From: Phycisphaerae bacterium
Lineage (GTDB): Bacteria; Planctomycetota; Phycisphaerae; UBA1845; Fen-1342
Direction of reading: 5' to 3'
Length of the DNA: 64,000 nucleotides
Assembly: GCA_963675745.2 (NCBI GenBank)
Contig: CAXXWX010000013.1
Location: forward strand, 64,001 to 128,000
The notes beneath the pieces are model-generated. The model was given only the letters and a program-made list of their open reading frames with translations, did not search any database and had not been told where the DNA came from. Shown piece after piece: positions 29,175 through 40,796 of this stretch. A program made the position numbers and the translations under genes. How positions within the stretch are numbered: the first letter of the stretch is position 1; every line of letters begins with the position of its first letter.

Positions 29175-32100
29175 CTGACTATTCCCCTTCACACGGCGCC
29201 TGCCGCGCCCCCTGCGCTTGGGCTTGGGTTTTGCGGCGCACGCCTCGGCTTTGAGCACCGTCGTGAAGTAGGCCTGCGCGGCGTCACGAATGAACTTGCG
29301 AAAACCGCGCGTGTCGATTTCAGCCTTGTCGTGAACGTAGACGACCACGGAGTCCCATGCGGCCTTGCGCGGGCGAACCGCCACGCGGGGCCAGTTGCCA
29401 TACGTTGCCAGGTCATCGCGCTGGTCAAGTGTTTTGAGTCCGATCTGTCGATCCAGCCGTTGGCTGTCAAAGAGCCCCTTGGGCACGCGGAAGTAAAGCT
29501 CACTGAGCCATTCGCCGCCGGTTAGTGCGTGCAAGAACCACGTAGTCGCGCCTTCAGCGGTGAACTCCACATTAGCCTGGTTGTTCCAATTGGTGGGGGC
29601 GAAATCGCCCGCGGCCTGGACAAGCTCTTCGACAAACTCCAACGCGGCCGGCTCCCAGTGGCGCCGCTTCGCGTTGCGGCTCTCACGCTGCGCGAGATGC
29701 CACTTGCGTCCATCCACTTGCCAGGGCAGACTGGTTCCCACGCCGATCTTGCCCAGGCCGGCCTTCTGGACCTCGAGTTCCTTGGCGGCATGCGCGGCGG
29801 GGTCGTAGCGCTGGCGCGGCTCGTGCGGTCCCGCTGCCAGAACAGGCCCCAGCGCGGCGGCCGTGTGCGATTCCGCCGCCTCGTCACCGCGCGCGTTGAG
29901 TGCCGCGGCATTGCGCAAAGCGGCGCCGCTGACCAGTTCTTCTGGCGTTCCGATCGCCACCAGCTCACCGCCCCCCGCGCCGGCCTCCGGTCCGAGATCG
30001 ATTATCCAGTCGGCCGACTTCATCACGTCCAGGTTGTGCTCGACGACAATCGCCGTGTTGCCCAGATCCACGAGTCGGTGAACAACGTCGAGCAGCTTGC
30101 GCACGTCATCGAAGTGCAGCCCTGTCGTCGGTTCGTCGAGGATATACAGAGTCTGTCCAGTGTTCGGCTTGCCGAGTTCGGCGGCGAGCTTGACGCGCTG
30201 GGCCTCACCACCCGACAAGGTTGGCGCCGGCTGACCCAACGCCACGTAGTCCAGCCCGACATCGACGAGCGTTTGCAGCATCCGCCTGACCTTGGGCACA
30301 TTTGAGAAGTGGTCGAGCGCCTCGGCCACGCTCATCTCGAGCACGTCCGCTATGTTCTTGCCCTTGTACCGGACCTCCAACGTCTCCGGGTTGTACCGTC
30401 TCCCGCCGCAGGTCTCGCATTCGACCCACACATCGGGCATGAAGTGCATTTCGATGCACCTCTGCCCGTAGCCCTGGCACGCCTCGCAGCGCCCGCCGGG
30501 GCGATTGAAGCTAAAGCGGTTGGCGTTATAGCCGCGAATCTTGCTGTCCGGCAGTCGCGCAAAGAGGTTACGCACCCAATCGAATGCGCCGGTGTAGGTG
30601 GCGGGGTTGCTGGATGGTGTGCTGCCAATCGGTGATTGATCTACGTTGATGACCTTGTCGAGCAATTGGATTTCGTCGATTGCGTCGTGTTCACCGGCCG
30701 TCAGGCTGGCGTTGTTTAACTCATTGGCAAGCCGCGGCCAGAGGATGTCATTCACCAGCGAGCTCTTGCCCGAGCCGGAGACGCCGGTGACACAGGTGAA
30801 GCGCCCGAGCGGAATCGGGATGGTTAGGTCGGCCAGATTGTGCTGTCGTGCGCCGCGTACGACAAGCCAGCCGGCCAGTTCGCCAGGCTGATTTGCCTTC
30901 GGGGGCGCTGCCTGCCTGCGGTGCTTGGATTTTGCGCGCGCCCGCTTGGGTGGGCTCGCGGCGTGCGTGTCGCGCCACATGCCGGTCGGGCGCCGGTTAC
31001 TTGGCACCGGAATCGCCGATTTGCCGCCGAGATATTCGCGTGTCAGAGAGCGTCGTGAGTCGTCAGCCCCACGCGCGCGCCCTTTCCGCGAAATCTCTGT
31101 CGGTGTCCCGGCGGCCACAATCTCTCCACCGGCGGCGCCCGCGCGCGGCCCGAAATCGAGCAGGCCGTCGGCACTATTGATCACGTCTCGATCATGCTCG
31201 ACCAGCAGCAGCGTGTTCCCCAGGCGTCGCAGCTTCTTCAGGGCGTTGACCAGCCGTCGCGTATCGCGCGGGTGCAATCCGATCGTGGGTTCGTCCAAAA
31301 CGTACAGCACGCCGGACAAGCCGCTGCCGATCTGGCTGGCCAGCCGAATGCGCTGCGCCTCACCGCCGGATAGCGTGGGCGCCGCGCGGTGCAGCGTCAG
31401 GTATTCGAGCCCCACGTCATTCAGGAATTGCAGGCGGTCGCGAATCTCCTTGAGCACTTCGCCGGCGATGCGTCGTTGACGACCGTCGAGACGCAGATGG
31501 CCAAAGAACGCGGCGCAGGTCTCCAACGGCATGTCGCAAACCTGCACGATGGTCTTGCCGCCCAATCGTGCGGCGGCCGCATCTGGGCGCAGACGACCGC
31601 CGTGGCACGTGATGCAGGGGATGTCGGTGACCACATTGCGCAGCTTGTAGCGAAACACCCAGCTATTGCGCGTGGCGTTGTCGATAGCGGGATAGAAGCC
31701 GCGCCAGTGGAAACGCATGCCCTGAAACGCGCCGGCGCCGTCGATCCACTCACCACTGGTTCCGAACAACAAGGCGCGGCGTTGCGCGTTATCCCACTCG
31801 CCGAGCGGAGTGCGGCTGTCGACATTCAGATGTGCGCACAAAGCCGTGAGCATGCGCCCCAGTGGCGAGCGCCGGTCAATGTGCCTCCAACCGGCGATCG
31901 CCCCATCGAACAGCGTTTTCCGCGGGTGCTTGATGATCGCGCCGGCCGGCGCACCGCGTTGCACGCCCAGGCCCTCGCAGGTGTCGCACCACCCGAGCTG
32001 GCTGTTGAAGCTGAAATGATGTGGTCCAAGCTCCTCAAAGCTCGTGCCGCACGACAGGCAAGCCAGTTTCTGGGAGAAGAGCATCTCTTGCTGCGGCGTT

Positions 32101-34103
32101 TTGACTACAACCTGGCGTCGTGGCGGCCCATCATCCTCGTCTGCGGTTGGCTCGGCAGCGGTGGACACGGGGGGCTCGGCCGGCGGGGCACCTTCATCCG
32201 GTTGCTCCTCCTCGTGAACGGTTTCGACGCTTTCGACCACCAGCGTCATCAAACCGTCGCCGAGAGTTAGAGCGTGTTCCAGGCTCTCGCTGATGCGCCC
32301 GCGCGACTTGGCGCGTACGACCGCGCGATCGACCACGACCTCTACGCGGTGTTTCCGCCGCGCGTCGAGCAGGGCGGCTTCCGTGGTTCGCTGAACCACG
32401 CCGTCAATGCGCACGCGTGTGTAACCCGACTGCTTCAGTCGATTGAACATGGTGGCGTAGGTTTCGCCGTCACCAAGCCCGACCGGGGCCAGCACGATGA
32501 TGGGCGTCCCATCCCCAAGCGCCATCACGCGATCGCAGATCTCATCGACCGTCTGCGAGCCGATCGGCTGCTGGCACTGCGGACAGAACGGCGTGCCGAT
32601 GCGGGCCCAGAGCACACGCATGTAGTCGTACACCTCGGTGACCGTTCCGACTGTGGAGCGCGGGCTTTTGCTGGCCGCTCTCTGCTCGATGCAGATTGCC
32701 GGCGACAGCCCTTCGATGTGGTCAACGCGCGGCTTGGCCATCTGGCCGAGAAACTGTCGGGCATACGCCGACAGAGACTCGACATAACGCCGGTGCCCTT
32801 CCGTGTACACGGTGTCGATGGCAAAGCTGGTTTTTCCCGAGCCGGAAACGCCGGTGCAGACGGTCATCTGATCGCGCGGAATGGCGACGCTGATGTCCTT
32901 GAGATTGTGCTGTCGCGCGCCGCTCACCGTGATCGCGTTGCGCGTGCTTGCACAGGCGGCCGGTTTACGGCGGGCGGCACCGCGGCGCGCGCGTTTGGAA
33001 GGGCGACCGAGCACGTCGCGCAGCGCGGCACCGGTGTGGGACGCGTCGCAATCGGCGACCGCCTCGGGGGTGCCCTCCGCCACGATATACCCACCCTTTT
33101 CGCCACCTTCGGGGCCAAGGTCGATCACCCAATCCGCGGTCTTTATGACGTCGAGATTGTGTTCGATGACAATCACCGAGTTGCCGGTGTCCACAAAGCC
33201 GTGCAGCACGGCGAGGAGCCGGCGGATGTCGTCGAAGTGCAGGCCCGTGGTGGGTTCGTCGAGCACGTAGAGCGTCGCGCCGGTGGCGCGCTTGACAAGC
33301 TCGCGGGCCAGCTTGATGCGCTGCGCCTCGCCGCCCGACAGTGTCGTGCTGGCCTGTCCGAGCTTCACGTAGTCCAGGCCGACGTCGTGCAGCGTTTGCA
33401 GCATGCCGCGGATGCGCGGGATGTTCTCGAAGTGGTCGAGGGCCTCCTGCACGTCCATCTGGAGCACGTCGGCGATCGACTTGTTCCGGTACTGAATCTG
33501 CAACGTCTCACGGTTGAATCGTCTACCGGCACAGACCGGACATTCGACCCACACATCGGCGAGGAAGTCCATCTCGATCCGGCTGGCGCCGTTTCCCTCG
33601 CACGCTTCGCAGCGCCCGCCGCCCTTACGGTCCGACACATTGAAGCTGAAGCGTCCCGGGCGATAACCGCGCAGCTTGGCGTCGGGGAGCTTGGCGAACA
33701 GATCGCGTATCTCGCCAAAGAGCTTGATATATGTCGCCGGATTGCTGCGTGGAGTTCGACCGATCGGCGACTGGTCGATGGCGATGATCTTGTCCAGGTG
33801 TTCGAGCCCGTCGATGCCGTCGTGCGCTCCCGGCTCGCCGGTGGTGGCGAGGTTGAGCTTGCGGTGCAGGGCCTGATAGAGGATGTCGTTGACCAGCGAG
33901 CTCTTGCCGGAGCCGGACACGCCGGTGATGCAGGTGAACCGTGCGATCGGAAAGCCGACGTCGATATTCTTGAGATTATTGTGCCTGGCACCGCGCACGG
34001 TGAGCCACGGAACGCGTCCGCCATTGTGGCGTGACGTGTCAGCGCCGCGGGCTTGTCTCGCCCGCGCAGCGTCCCTGGTTCGTTTCTTTGCTGCCTTTGT
34101 CAC
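28518..34103 (-). CDS. uvrA: Excinuclease ABC subunit A, extended form with three ABC domains
   Basis: Three GVSGSGK[S/T] Walker A, three LSGGEAQR signatures, three LDEPT Walker B, Zn fingers, [15 protein letters not shown]; start uncertain (GTG 34103). Confidence 0.92.
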   Translation of the reverse strand: MTKAAKKRTRDAARARQARGADTSRHNGGRVPWLTVRGARHNNLKNIDVGFPIARFTCITGVSGSGKSSLVNDILYQALHRKLNLATTGEPGAHDGIDGLEHLDKIIAIDQSPIGRTPRSNPATYIKLFGEIRDLFAKLPDAKLRGYRPGRFSFNVSDRKGGGRCEACEGNGASRIEMDFLADVWVECPVCAGRRFNRETLQIQYRNKSIADVLQMDVQEALDHFENIPRIRGMLQTLHDVGLDYVKLGQASTTLSGGEAQRIKLARELVKRATGATLYVLDEPTTGLHFDDIRRLLAVLHGFVDTGNSVIVIEHNLDVIKTADWVIDLGPEGGEKGGYIVAEGTPEAVADCDASHTGAALRDVLGRPSKRARRGAARRKPAACASTRNAITVSGARQHNLKDISVAIPRDQMTVCTGVSGSGKTSFAIDTVYTEGHRRYVESLSAYARQFLGQMAKPRVDHIEGLSPAICIEQRAASKSPRSTVGTVTEVYDYMRVLWARIGTPFCPQCQQPIGSQTVDEICDRVMALGDGTPIIVLAPVGLGDGETYATMFNRLKQSGYTRVRIDGVVQRTTEAALLDARRKHRVEVVVDRAVVRAKSRGRISESLEHALTLGDGLMTLVVESVETVHEEEQPDEGAPPAEPPVSTAAEPTADEDDGPPRRQVVVKTPQQEMLFSQKLACLSCGTSFEELGPHHFSFNSQLGWCDTCEGLGVQRGAPAGAIIKHPRKTLFDGAIAGWRHIDRRSPLGRMLTALCAHLNVDSRTPLGEWDNAQRRALLFGTSGEWIDGAGAFQGMRFHWRGFYPAIDNATRNSWVFRYKLRNVVTDIPCITCHGGRLRPDAAAARLGGKTIVQVCDMPLETCAAFFGHLRLDGRQRRIAGEVLKEIRDRLQFLNDVGLEYLTLHRAAPTLSGGEAQRIRLASQIGSGLSGVLYVLDEPTIGLHPRDTRRLVNALKKLRRLGNTLLLVEHDRDVINSADGLLDFGPRAGAAGGEIVAAGTPTEISRKGRARGADDSRRSLTREYLGGKSAIPVPSNRRPTGMWRDTHAASPPKRARAKSKHRRQAAPPKANQPGELAGWLVVRGARQHNLADLTIPIPLGRFTCVTGVSGSGKSSLVNDILWPRLANELNNASLTAGEHDAIDEIQLLDKVINVDQSPIGSTPSSNPATYTGAFDWVRNLFARLPDSKIRGYNANRFSFNRPGGRCEACQGYGQRCIEMHFMPDVWVECETCGGRRYNPETLEVRYKGKNIADVLEMSVAEALDHFSNVPKVRRMLQTLVDVGLDYVALGQPAPTLSGGEAQRVKLAAELGKPNTGQTLYILDEPTTGLHFDDVRKLLDVVHRLVDLGNTAIVVEHNLDVMKSADWIIDLGPEAGAGGGELVAIGTPEELVSGAALRNAAALNARGDEAAESHTAAALGPVLAAGPHEPRQRYDPAAHAAKELEVQKAGLGKIGVGTSLPWQVDGRKWHLAQRESRNAKRRHWEPAALEFVEELVQAAGDFAPTNWNNQANVEFTAEGATTWFLHALTGGEWLSELYFRVPKGLFDSQRLDRQIGLKTLDQRDDLATYGNWPRVAVRPRKAAWDSVVVYVHDKAEIDTRGFRKFIRDAAQAYFTTVLKAEACAAKPKPKRRGRGRRRVKGNSQMLDPLPLRAFFRFELAIHHLARTPPMDGHLRQWHHQYLLPPLVELEGEAPFADAYAAWNAEHMYFACDVPQRPGVLKSDPAHWWKQDGLRLCIDTRDTRDAKRATRFCHFFYVLPTGGGRDAKAPVVGLHRMSRAKEPPPAVDTSKVRVAVALQKRRYTVEVLIPAECLNGWNAAEHPRIGLFYKINDLHHGAQHLTVTDDLGWNADPSTWATGVLVE

Positions 34104-34369
34104 AACCGATCGCACCGTCCGGCCCGCGTCGCCCTCGCGAATACCGCATAATAGCAGTGTGCGGTGCTGTAGAGCACGTCGCGCGCAGCGCGACACGCCG
34201 GTTTGGCCGGCTGGCTTTGCAACGCCGGACACGCTTGTTTGACCGCGCCCTTCGCCTGTGGTCGCCTGTCGGTCAGCACGCTGGTACAATCCACTATGGC
34301 GGCGTGGGCGATAATGGCTCACGGGGACGAAGACGGACACGCAATCTCGCAGAGGGAGCAGGCGATATC

Positions 34370-35314
34370 ATGAAACGAGCAAAGATCACAATCATCGGCG
34401 CCGGCAATGTGGGAGCCACCTGCGCTCACTGGGCGGCGTCCAAGGAACTAGGCGACATCGTGCTGGTCGATATTGTCGACGGAATGCCCCAGGGCAAAGC
34501 GCTGGACCTGTTCGAGGCATCGCCGATCGAAGGCTACGACAGCCGCATCATCGGCGCCAACGACTACGAACCCACCGCCGGAAGCGACATTGTAATCATC
34601 ACATCCGGCCTGCCGCGCAAGCCCGGCATGAGTCGTGATGAGCTGCTTGAGACGAACGTCAAGATCGTGGCCGAAGTCGCCGGCCAGGCGGCCCGGCACA
34701 GCCCGGACGCGGTGCTGATCATCGTCTCAAACCCGTTGGACGCGATGGTCTACACGGCGTGGCAGGTGTCGGGCTTCGAAACCAACAAGGTTGTCGGGCA
34801 GGCGGGTGTGCTGGATGTCGCCCGCTTCACGTCATTCATCGCCGAAGAGGTTGGCTGTAGCGTTGAGGACGTCAAGGCTCTGCTGATGGGCGGCCATGGC
34901 GATGATATGGTCCCACTACCACGCTTTACAACCGTCGGCGGTATCCCCGTCACGCAGCTCATTCCCGCCGGCAAGCTCGAAGAGATCGTCAAACGCGCCC
35001 GTAACGGCGGGGCCGAAATCGTCAGCCTGCTCAAGACCGGCAGCGCCTATTACGCGCCGGCCGCCGCCACCATCGCCATGGCCGAGTCCATTGTGCGTGA
35101 CAAAAAGCGCGTCTTGCCGTGCGCGGCGTACTGCGATGAGGAGTACGGCGTCGGTGGCTTCTTCGTCGGAACGCCATGCGTGCTCGGCAGCAGCGGCGTG
35201 GAGAAGGTGCTCGAAGTCGAGTTGGACGCCAAGGAAAAGGAAGCCTTCGCGCACAGCGTTGACCACGTCAAGCAACTCGTCGATGCGGCCAAAAAGGTGC
35301 TGGCCAAGAAATAG
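34370..35314 (+). CDS. mdh: Malate dehydrogenase (LDH-like)
   Basis: [54 protein letters not shown] extended -10 at 34282-34290. Confidence 0.96.
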   Translation: MKRAKITIIGAGNVGATCAHWAASKELGDIVLVDIVDGMPQGKALDLFEASPIEGYDSRIIGANDYEPTAGSDIVIITSGLPRKPGMSRDELLETNVKIVAEVAGQAARHSPDAVLIIVSNPLDAMVYTAWQVSGFETNKVVGQAGVLDVARFTSFIAEEVGCSVEDVKALLMGGHGDDMVPLPRFTTVGGIPVTQLIPAGKLEEIVKRARNGGAEIVSLLKTGSAYYAPAAATIAMAESIVRDKKRVLPCAAYCDEEYGVGGFFVGTPCVLGSSGVEKVLEVELDAKEKEAFAHSVDHVKQLVDAAKKVLAKK

Positions 35315-35340
35315 GTCAGCCGCGCAGCTTCGTTCCGAAC

Positions 35341-35465
35341 GTAACGGCCGGCGCCTCGCCGGCCGTGCCTCGGATAGCAGGCCGTGTGCCACGGCTCTGT
35401 GAGCCGTGCGGTTCGCGTTGGAGAAGCACTGCTCAAGAGCAGTGGCACACGCCGGACTGTTTCCG
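35341..35465. repeat. Cluster of REP-like elements: one family-1 copy plus a family-2 inverted doublet
   Basis: 35341-35365 gtaacggccggcgcctcgccggccg; 35384-35409 gtgtgccacggctctgtgagccgtgc; 35426-35450 reverse complement of 7631-7655. Confidence 0.85.
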
Positions 35466-35473
35466 AAAATGCG

Positions 35474-36307
35474 CTAACCCGGAATCTGGTACGTGAATGT
35501 CTCTGTGTTGTTCCAGATGACATTGGCGCGATGTGTGGTGGGGGACGACGAATCAAACTCGACCTCGAGCCGGGTCGAGTTGCTCATCCAAAACGACAGT
35601 TGGCCCGCCTGCGGGATGAATTCCGGATTACCGCTCGGGTCGATCACAATGTCGGTCGTGCCATCGTCGCCGGGGTGAATTACCTCGACGTCAAAATCAA
35701 GCGGGCTGAAGCGCCACACGCCGTTGGCGATCGTCAGCAGGCTGTTACGCTCATACGCGACCGTGACCACGCCGACCGCTATGCCCCGGTCCAGAGTGTT
35801 GATCTCCAGCGCGCCGGCGAGTTCCAGCACATCGGCTTCGGTAAACGCGTATCCCAGCGTCGCGCCACCGACAACCTGGTGGCCGTCGATTGTGAAGCTG
35901 TCGAAGTGGATGGTCCCGGTGCGGGAAGATTCGTCGAATTGATAGGTCACCCGGCCACTGACCGGCAGACGTCCCAGCGCGTCACTCACGCAATCGGTGT
36001 TTCCATAGTCCAGAACGACGGCGGTCAAGCCATCCATCACATCGACGCTGACCGATGGGCAGCTTGCGGCGGCGGGGGCGACATCCGCCGCGCTCGCCTC
36101 AATCCCGGACAAGACACCGTGCAAGCCGCCCAATACGCGCGCGAGCGCCTGAAATTGCCGCATGGCCTGATCGAGTGCGGCCACCTCATCCTCAGAGAGC
36201 GACGTCTTTGGCTCGAGCGTGAATCGCAACCCCGGGCAGCCGGCTGACATCGAAATCACGGCAATCGACACGCCACACACGCACAGCATACGCAAACTGA
36301 AGGACAT
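35474..36307 (-). CDS. Hypothetical beta-rich lipoprotein
   Basis: Signal peptide ending SAGC-P; SCPSV...LDYGNTDC pair. Confidence 0.6.
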   Translation of the reverse strand: MSFSLRMLCVCGVSIAVISMSAGCPGLRFTLEPKTSLSEDEVAALDQAMRQFQALARVLGGLHGVLSGIEASAADVAPAAASCPSVSVDVMDGLTAVVLDYGNTDCVSDALGRLPVSGRVTYQFDESSRTGTIHFDSFTIDGHQVVGGATLGYAFTEADVLELAGALEINTLDRGIAVGVVTVAYERNSLLTIANGVWRFSPLDFDVEVIHPGDDGTTDIVIDPSGNPEFIPQAGQLSFWMSNSTRLEVEFDSSSPTTHRANVIWNNTETFTYQIPG

Positions 36308-36336
36308 GGGAGGAGGTTCCTGTCTGATCCGGATCG

Positions 36337-37773
36337 CTATCGACTCAACTCGATCACTCGTTCGTATTTCTGATGGAAAAAACCGATCCACTCACGCTTA
36401 AGCCCACGAATCCGCCGGTCGGTGGCAGAGCCGGCCTCTCCGCCCTGCGCGAGCACCTTGGCCAACTCCAGCCCTTCCGCCTCGCTGAACGGCAGCTTGC
36501 GCCATTCCTCCCAGGCGGCAACTCGGCTGTCACCAGCACGGACAAGAGCCTGCCAAGCCTGCACCAGATCATCATGTTGATCAACCAGTGCCGCTCCCAT
36601 CAATTCCGCCACCAGCCGCGTGCGCGCGTTTTGCAGTCTGTCATCGATTTTCAGGTACGTCGTGCCGGCGCGCTCGTAGGGGTTCGTGGCCATCAGCTTG
36701 TCGCCGTACTTCTCATAGACGTCCGGCCGAATGGGCATGCGGAAGAGCGCGTGTTTGATGGGGCCGTGCTCTTCCCCCGGCGGCAGCGCCCACAGCGCCT
36801 GCCCCGCCGAACTCAGCACGAACTCGACAAACTTCCTGGCAAGCGCGGGGTGGGGCGGGTTGCGCAGAATGGAAATCGGGTCGGGTGTGATCGCGGTCCC
36901 GCCGGCCGGATTGACGTACTCCAGCACACCGGCGTCATTGTCGTGGATGCGTGCGCGGGCATAGAAGTCGATGCACGGCCCGGCGAGGACGTTTCCCAGC
37001 GCGACCTCGTTGGGTATCTGGCTTGCCGAAGCGGATACCTGCCGGGCGTTGGCCGCCATCTGCATGAGCAGGGGCCAGCCGGCTTCCCAGCCGTATTGCT
37101 GGAGGACCAGTTCATATGCGACGCCGACGCTTGATGACTTACGCGGATCGGCGATGATCACCCAGGTGCTCATGCGGGGGTCGGCCAGATCCTGCCACGA
37201 TTCGATCGGTGGGAACTTCTGATTGTCCAACCCCTTCTTGCAGACAACGATTCCAAATGCCGACAGGGCCGATCCATACCACATGCCGTTGGCATCCAGG
37301 TTGGCGACGCCGGCGATTTCCGGCGGTATTGCGGCTCGCGTTTCCGCCGGGAGGTCGATCTTCTCGAGGTAGCCCTTGGCGGCGGCCTCGTCGTGGTCCG
37401 GCACCCCGCCGCCAAAGAATATGTCAAATCCGAACGACTGACCTTCCACCGCCGTCGCATCCAGCACGCGCATCAGTTGGCGCGTGCCCTGTTTGATCCA
37501 GCGGATTCGCAGCGTGCGGCCCATGTACTTGCTGAACGCTTGCTCGAATTCCAGTTGGATCTGGTCGTTGTGTGGTGTGAGAATCGCCAGATCCCAGTCA
37601 TCGGCGTCGCCAGCCGGCTGCGACGCGGCACCCGGTTGCTCAAGGCCGGTGCTCGTTGGCCCGGCGCCGGCTGTAGGCCGCTCCCGCTCACCACCGCACC
37701 CGAATTGGGGTAACAAGGTGGCCGCGACCAGGCATGTCACGATCAGACCACGAGTCATCTCAGACATCCTCAT
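36337..37773 (-). CDS. ABC transporter substrate-binding lipoprotein (paralogue of 757..2142)
   Basis: Lipobox QFGC; LTPH, DIFFGGG, ESWQDLADP, ADPRKSSS, ARKFVEFVLS. Confidence 0.82.
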   Translation of the reverse strand: MRMSEMTRGLIVTCLVAATLLPQFGCGGERERPTAGAGPTSTGLEQPGAASQPAGDADDWDLAILTPHNDQIQLEFEQAFSKYMGRTLRIRWIKQGTRQLMRVLDATAVEGQSFGFDIFFGGGVPDHDEAAAKGYLEKIDLPAETRAAIPPEIAGVANLDANGMWYGSALSAFGIVVCKKGLDNQKFPPIESWQDLADPRMSTWVIIADPRKSSSVGVAYELVLQQYGWEAGWPLLMQMAANARQVSASASQIPNEVALGNVLAGPCIDFYARARIHDNDAGVLEYVNPAGGTAITPDPISILRNPPHPALARKFVEFVLSSAGQALWALPPGEEHGPIKHALFRMPIRPDVYEKYGDKLMATNPYERAGTTYLKIDDRLQNARTRLVAELMGAALVDQHDDLVQAWQALVRAGDSRVAAWEEWRKLPFSEAEGLELAKVLAQGGEAGSATDRRIRGLKREWIGFFHQKYERVIELSR

Positions 37774-37840
37774 AACAGTAGCCGCCGGGCCGCATTTGTC
37801 GCCCCGGCTTGACCGCGATGGTGCCACCCCTTCGGTCCGG

Positions 37841-38902
37841 TCACTCCCGCAGGATCACGATTTCACGTGTGTCGACCGCACAGCGGACGGCACATCCCGG
37901 CTGGAGCTCCTCGACACCCTCGTGTTCGGTCACACGCGCACGCAGTCTAACGTCATTGACCGCCAGCGTCAGTTGTGTGGCTTCGCCAAGGTATACGCGC
38001 TCGACGATATGCGCGTTGAACTGGTTTGCGGCGTTGTCATCGGCGGGTACGATCACCGCCTCCGGGCGTATTGAAACCGCGCACCGGCCCGACTCGGGCG
38101 CGGCCGGGGCGTTCGCCGCGAGCAGGCCCAGCGAGGTGCTGATCACCCGCTCCGCCCCGTTGGCCGCATCAATGCTGGCGTCCAGAAGATTCGTCTCACC
38201 CAGGAAGTCAGCGATTTCAGAGCCATTCGGCCGGCGGTATAGCTCGCGCGGCGGGCCGATCTGGCTCACTTGCCCGCGAAACATGACCGCCATCCGATCC
38301 GCGACCGACATCGCTTCCTTCTGATCGTGCGTGACGTAAATGGCTGTCAGTCCGAACTGTTTGCACAGACGCCGAATCTCCGTGCGCATGTCCAGCCGCA
38401 GCTTGGCGTCAAGATTGCTCAGCGGCTCATCCAGCAGCAGGCATTGCGGGCGGACAACCAGTGCGCGCGCCAGCGCGACTCGCTGCTGTTGTCCGCCGGA
38501 TAGCTGGTTTGGCTTACGCCGGGCATAACCACCCATCTTGATCAGATCGAGTGCCTCGGCGGCGCGGCGCCGGCACTCCGCGCGGCCTAATCCACGCACC
38601 TTGAGCCCGAAGGCAACATTGCCCTCAACCGTCATGTGCGGCCAGAGCGCATAGCTCTGGAACACCATGCCGGTGTCCCGTTTTTGCGGCGGCAGACTGG
38701 TGACATCCCGATCGGCGAAGTGGATGCTCCCCGCGCTGGGAACGCACAAGCCGGCGATGCAGCGCAGCAATGTAGTCTTGCCACACCCGGACGGGCCGAG
38801 AAGGAAAAACAGCTCGCCTTTCTCGATGCTCAGACAGATGCCGTCGAGCGCCCGGACGTCGCCGAAATCTTTGGTCAGGCCTTTGATCGTGACGGGGATC
38901 AT
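37841..38902 (-). CDS. ABC transporter ATP-binding protein (FbpC/PotA-like, TOBE C-terminus)
   Basis: GPSGCGKT, MVFQSYALWPHM, LSGGQQQR, LLDEPLSNLD, VTHDQ. Confidence 0.93.
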   Translation of the reverse strand: MIPVTIKGLTKDFGDVRALDGICLSIEKGELFFLLGPSGCGKTTLLRCIAGLCVPSAGSIHFADRDVTSLPPQKRDTGMVFQSYALWPHMTVEGNVAFGLKVRGLGRAECRRRAAEALDLIKMGGYARRKPNQLSGGQQQRVALARALVVRPQCLLLDEPLSNLDAKLRLDMRTEIRRLCKQFGLTAIYVTHDQKEAMSVADRMAVMFRGQVSQIGPPRELYRRPNGSEIADFLGETNLLDASIDAANGAERVISTSLGLLAANAPAAPESGRCAVSIRPEAVIVPADDNAANQFNAHIVERVYLGEATQLTLAVNDVRLRARVTEHEGVEELQPGCAVRCAVDTREIVILRE

Positions 38903-39019
38903 ATGTGACAGGGCCGAGGACTCGAGGATTCAAGGACGACGGGGCTCATGGTGTTCCGCCAACTCGCGGTTGTGAATCAACGCGCGCCACCATCACACAG
39001 AGCGCGGATTCTGAGAGAC

Positions 39020-40372
39020 TTATCTCGCCCACAACCGTACGATCGCCTCTGCCCCACGGTTGAGGTCGGGCAAACGCACCTTTTCGTTCGGCCCGTGTGC
39101 GTTGCACTGCGGGCTGGCAAAGCCGAGCATCAGGCTATCGACGCCCAGCAGTTTCTTGAACATCGGCAGTATGGGCAACGAGCCGCCTTCGCGTATCAGG
39201 GCGACGTCGCGGCCGAACGCGTCCCGCAGCGCCTCAATCGCCGCTGCCATCGGGGCGCTATCCAGTGGTGCCATGTAAGCGTCGGCATGGCCGTGGTGGA
39301 TCAGTTCGAGTTTGACACTGTCCGGGCAACGGGCGCGGATCGCGTCGTCGAATAAGGCCCCAAGCGTTTCCGCGTCCTGGTTGGGCACCAGTCGCATGCT
39401 GACCTTGGCGCCCGCGCTGGCGGGGATAATCGTGTTGGCGCCGTTGCCCATGAACCCGCCGAACACACCGTTGATGTCAAGCGTCGGCCTGATCCATCGA
39501 CGTTCATTAGTGCTGTAACCTCTCTCGCCGACGGTTTCAGGGACACCGATGTCCTCGAGATAGGCTGATTCATCGAACGGCAGGCTCTGTAGTTGGCGGC
39601 GTTCGTCATCAGAGGCCTCAATCACGTCATCATAAAAGCCCGGGATCGTCACGCGGCCGTCCGCATCGTGGAGCGATGCGATCAAGTCCGCGAGCACGTG
39701 GGCCGGGTTGGCGATTGTGCCGCCGAACGAACCGCTGTGCAGGTCATGCTTGGGGCCTGCCAGGCGGATCTCCTTATATAGCAGGCCGCGCGTGCCATAC
39801 GTGATCGTCGGCCAGCCGTCCTCGTACATGCCGGTGTCGGAGATAAGTATGTGATCGCAGGCCAGCAGTTGCTTATGTTCGTCGATAAACGTGGCCAGGT
39901 TGGGCGAGCCGATCTCCTCCTCGCCCTCGATAAGTACCTTGAGGTTGATGGGCAGCTCTTTGGCCGTGGCCAGCCACGCCGCCGCCGCGCGCAGGTAGAT
40001 CAGAACCTGTCCCTTGTTGTCGGCGGCTCCACGCGCGATCATCCACTCATCGGTGATCACCGGTTCAAACGGATCGGCGTCCCACAGGTCTCGGTTGCCG
40101 ACCGGCTGGACGTCGTAGTGACCATAAACCAGGTACGTGGGCTTATCTTCATCCGTGATGCGTTCGGCGTAGACGGCCGGATGACCGCCGGTATCGTGGA
40201 CTTCCGCTACCAGCCCGATGTCCGTGCAGAGGCTCTTCAGCCAGTTTGCGGCGTCCACCAGATCCTGCTTGTGCTCCGTCAGCGTGCTGACAGTCTGGAA
40301 TCTCACAAGCTTCTTGGCCCACTCGAGGTGTTCGGCCTGATGGTCATTCAGATACTCGATCACATGGTCCAC
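39020..40372 (-). CDS. M20 family dipeptidase
   Basis: YGHYDVQP, ARGAADNKG, EGEEEIGS, DLHSG, GGSLP, AHGPNEK. Confidence 0.92.
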   Translation of the reverse strand: MDHVIEYLNDHQAEHLEWAKKLVRFQTVSTLTEHKQDLVDAANWLKSLCTDIGLVAEVHDTGGHPAVYAERITDEDKPTYLVYGHYDVQPVGNRDLWDADPFEPVITDEWMIARGAADNKGQVLIYLRAAAAWLATAKELPINLKVLIEGEEEIGSPNLATFIDEHKQLLACDHILISDTGMYEDGWPTITYGTRGLLYKEIRLAGPKHDLHSGSFGGTIANPAHVLADLIASLHDADGRVTIPGFYDDVIEASDDERRQLQSLPFDESAYLEDIGVPETVGERGYSTNERRWIRPTLDINGVFGGFMGNGANTIIPASAGAKVSMRLVPNQDAETLGALFDDAIRARCPDSVKLELIHHGHADAYMAPLDSAPMAAAIEALRDAFGRDVALIREGGSLPILPMFKKLLGVDSLMLGFASPQCNAHGPNEKVRLPDLNRGAEAIVRLWAR

Positions 40373-40632
40373 GCGGCATACTCCTGGAAAAGGATGATCC
40401 GTCGATTGATCTAACGGGTTTCTTCGTACGGCGGATTGCGCGTGCTGACGGCCGCCCGCGCGAATGCGGATTGTAACGCATCCGCCGCGCCCGGTCTTTT
40501 CCCGTCGGATGGTGCAGTGGTGTGGGGCAGGTAGTGTAGGCTAGGTCGTTCGCGGCGAGACCTGCCGTCGCGAGATGACTCTCACCCGTGGGCGATTGCT
40601 CACACAATGGTAATGGCGGCGTATGTGCGTAT

Positions 40633-40796
40633 AAAAAAACGGAGTTGGAACCTCTCCTGGCGACCGCCGGGCTGAGTAGCCGCCAAGGAACCGTTGGTTC
40701 CAACTCCCAGGGACCATCCGGGGAGCGAATCCGGAAGGTCTAACACCACCTATCTCCCCGCAGGCACAACACCTCGGGAACATGCGAGGCTCCCCG
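40633..40796 (-). ncRNA. Candidate structured non-coding RNA ending in an intrinsic terminator
   Basis: ggggagc/gctcccc-closed domain (40720-40795), then a long stem ggagttggaacc/ggttccaactcc (40641-40707) with inner stem, then U7. Confidence 0.45.

Noticed and set aside
32274..34034. 586-aa plus-strand ORF (and similar long ORFs opposite other genes)
   Set aside because: Antisense shadow of uvrA caused by codon bias.
40541..40783. 80-aa ORF over the structured region
   Set aside because: No RBS or protein-like features; the sequence is better explained by RNA pairing.
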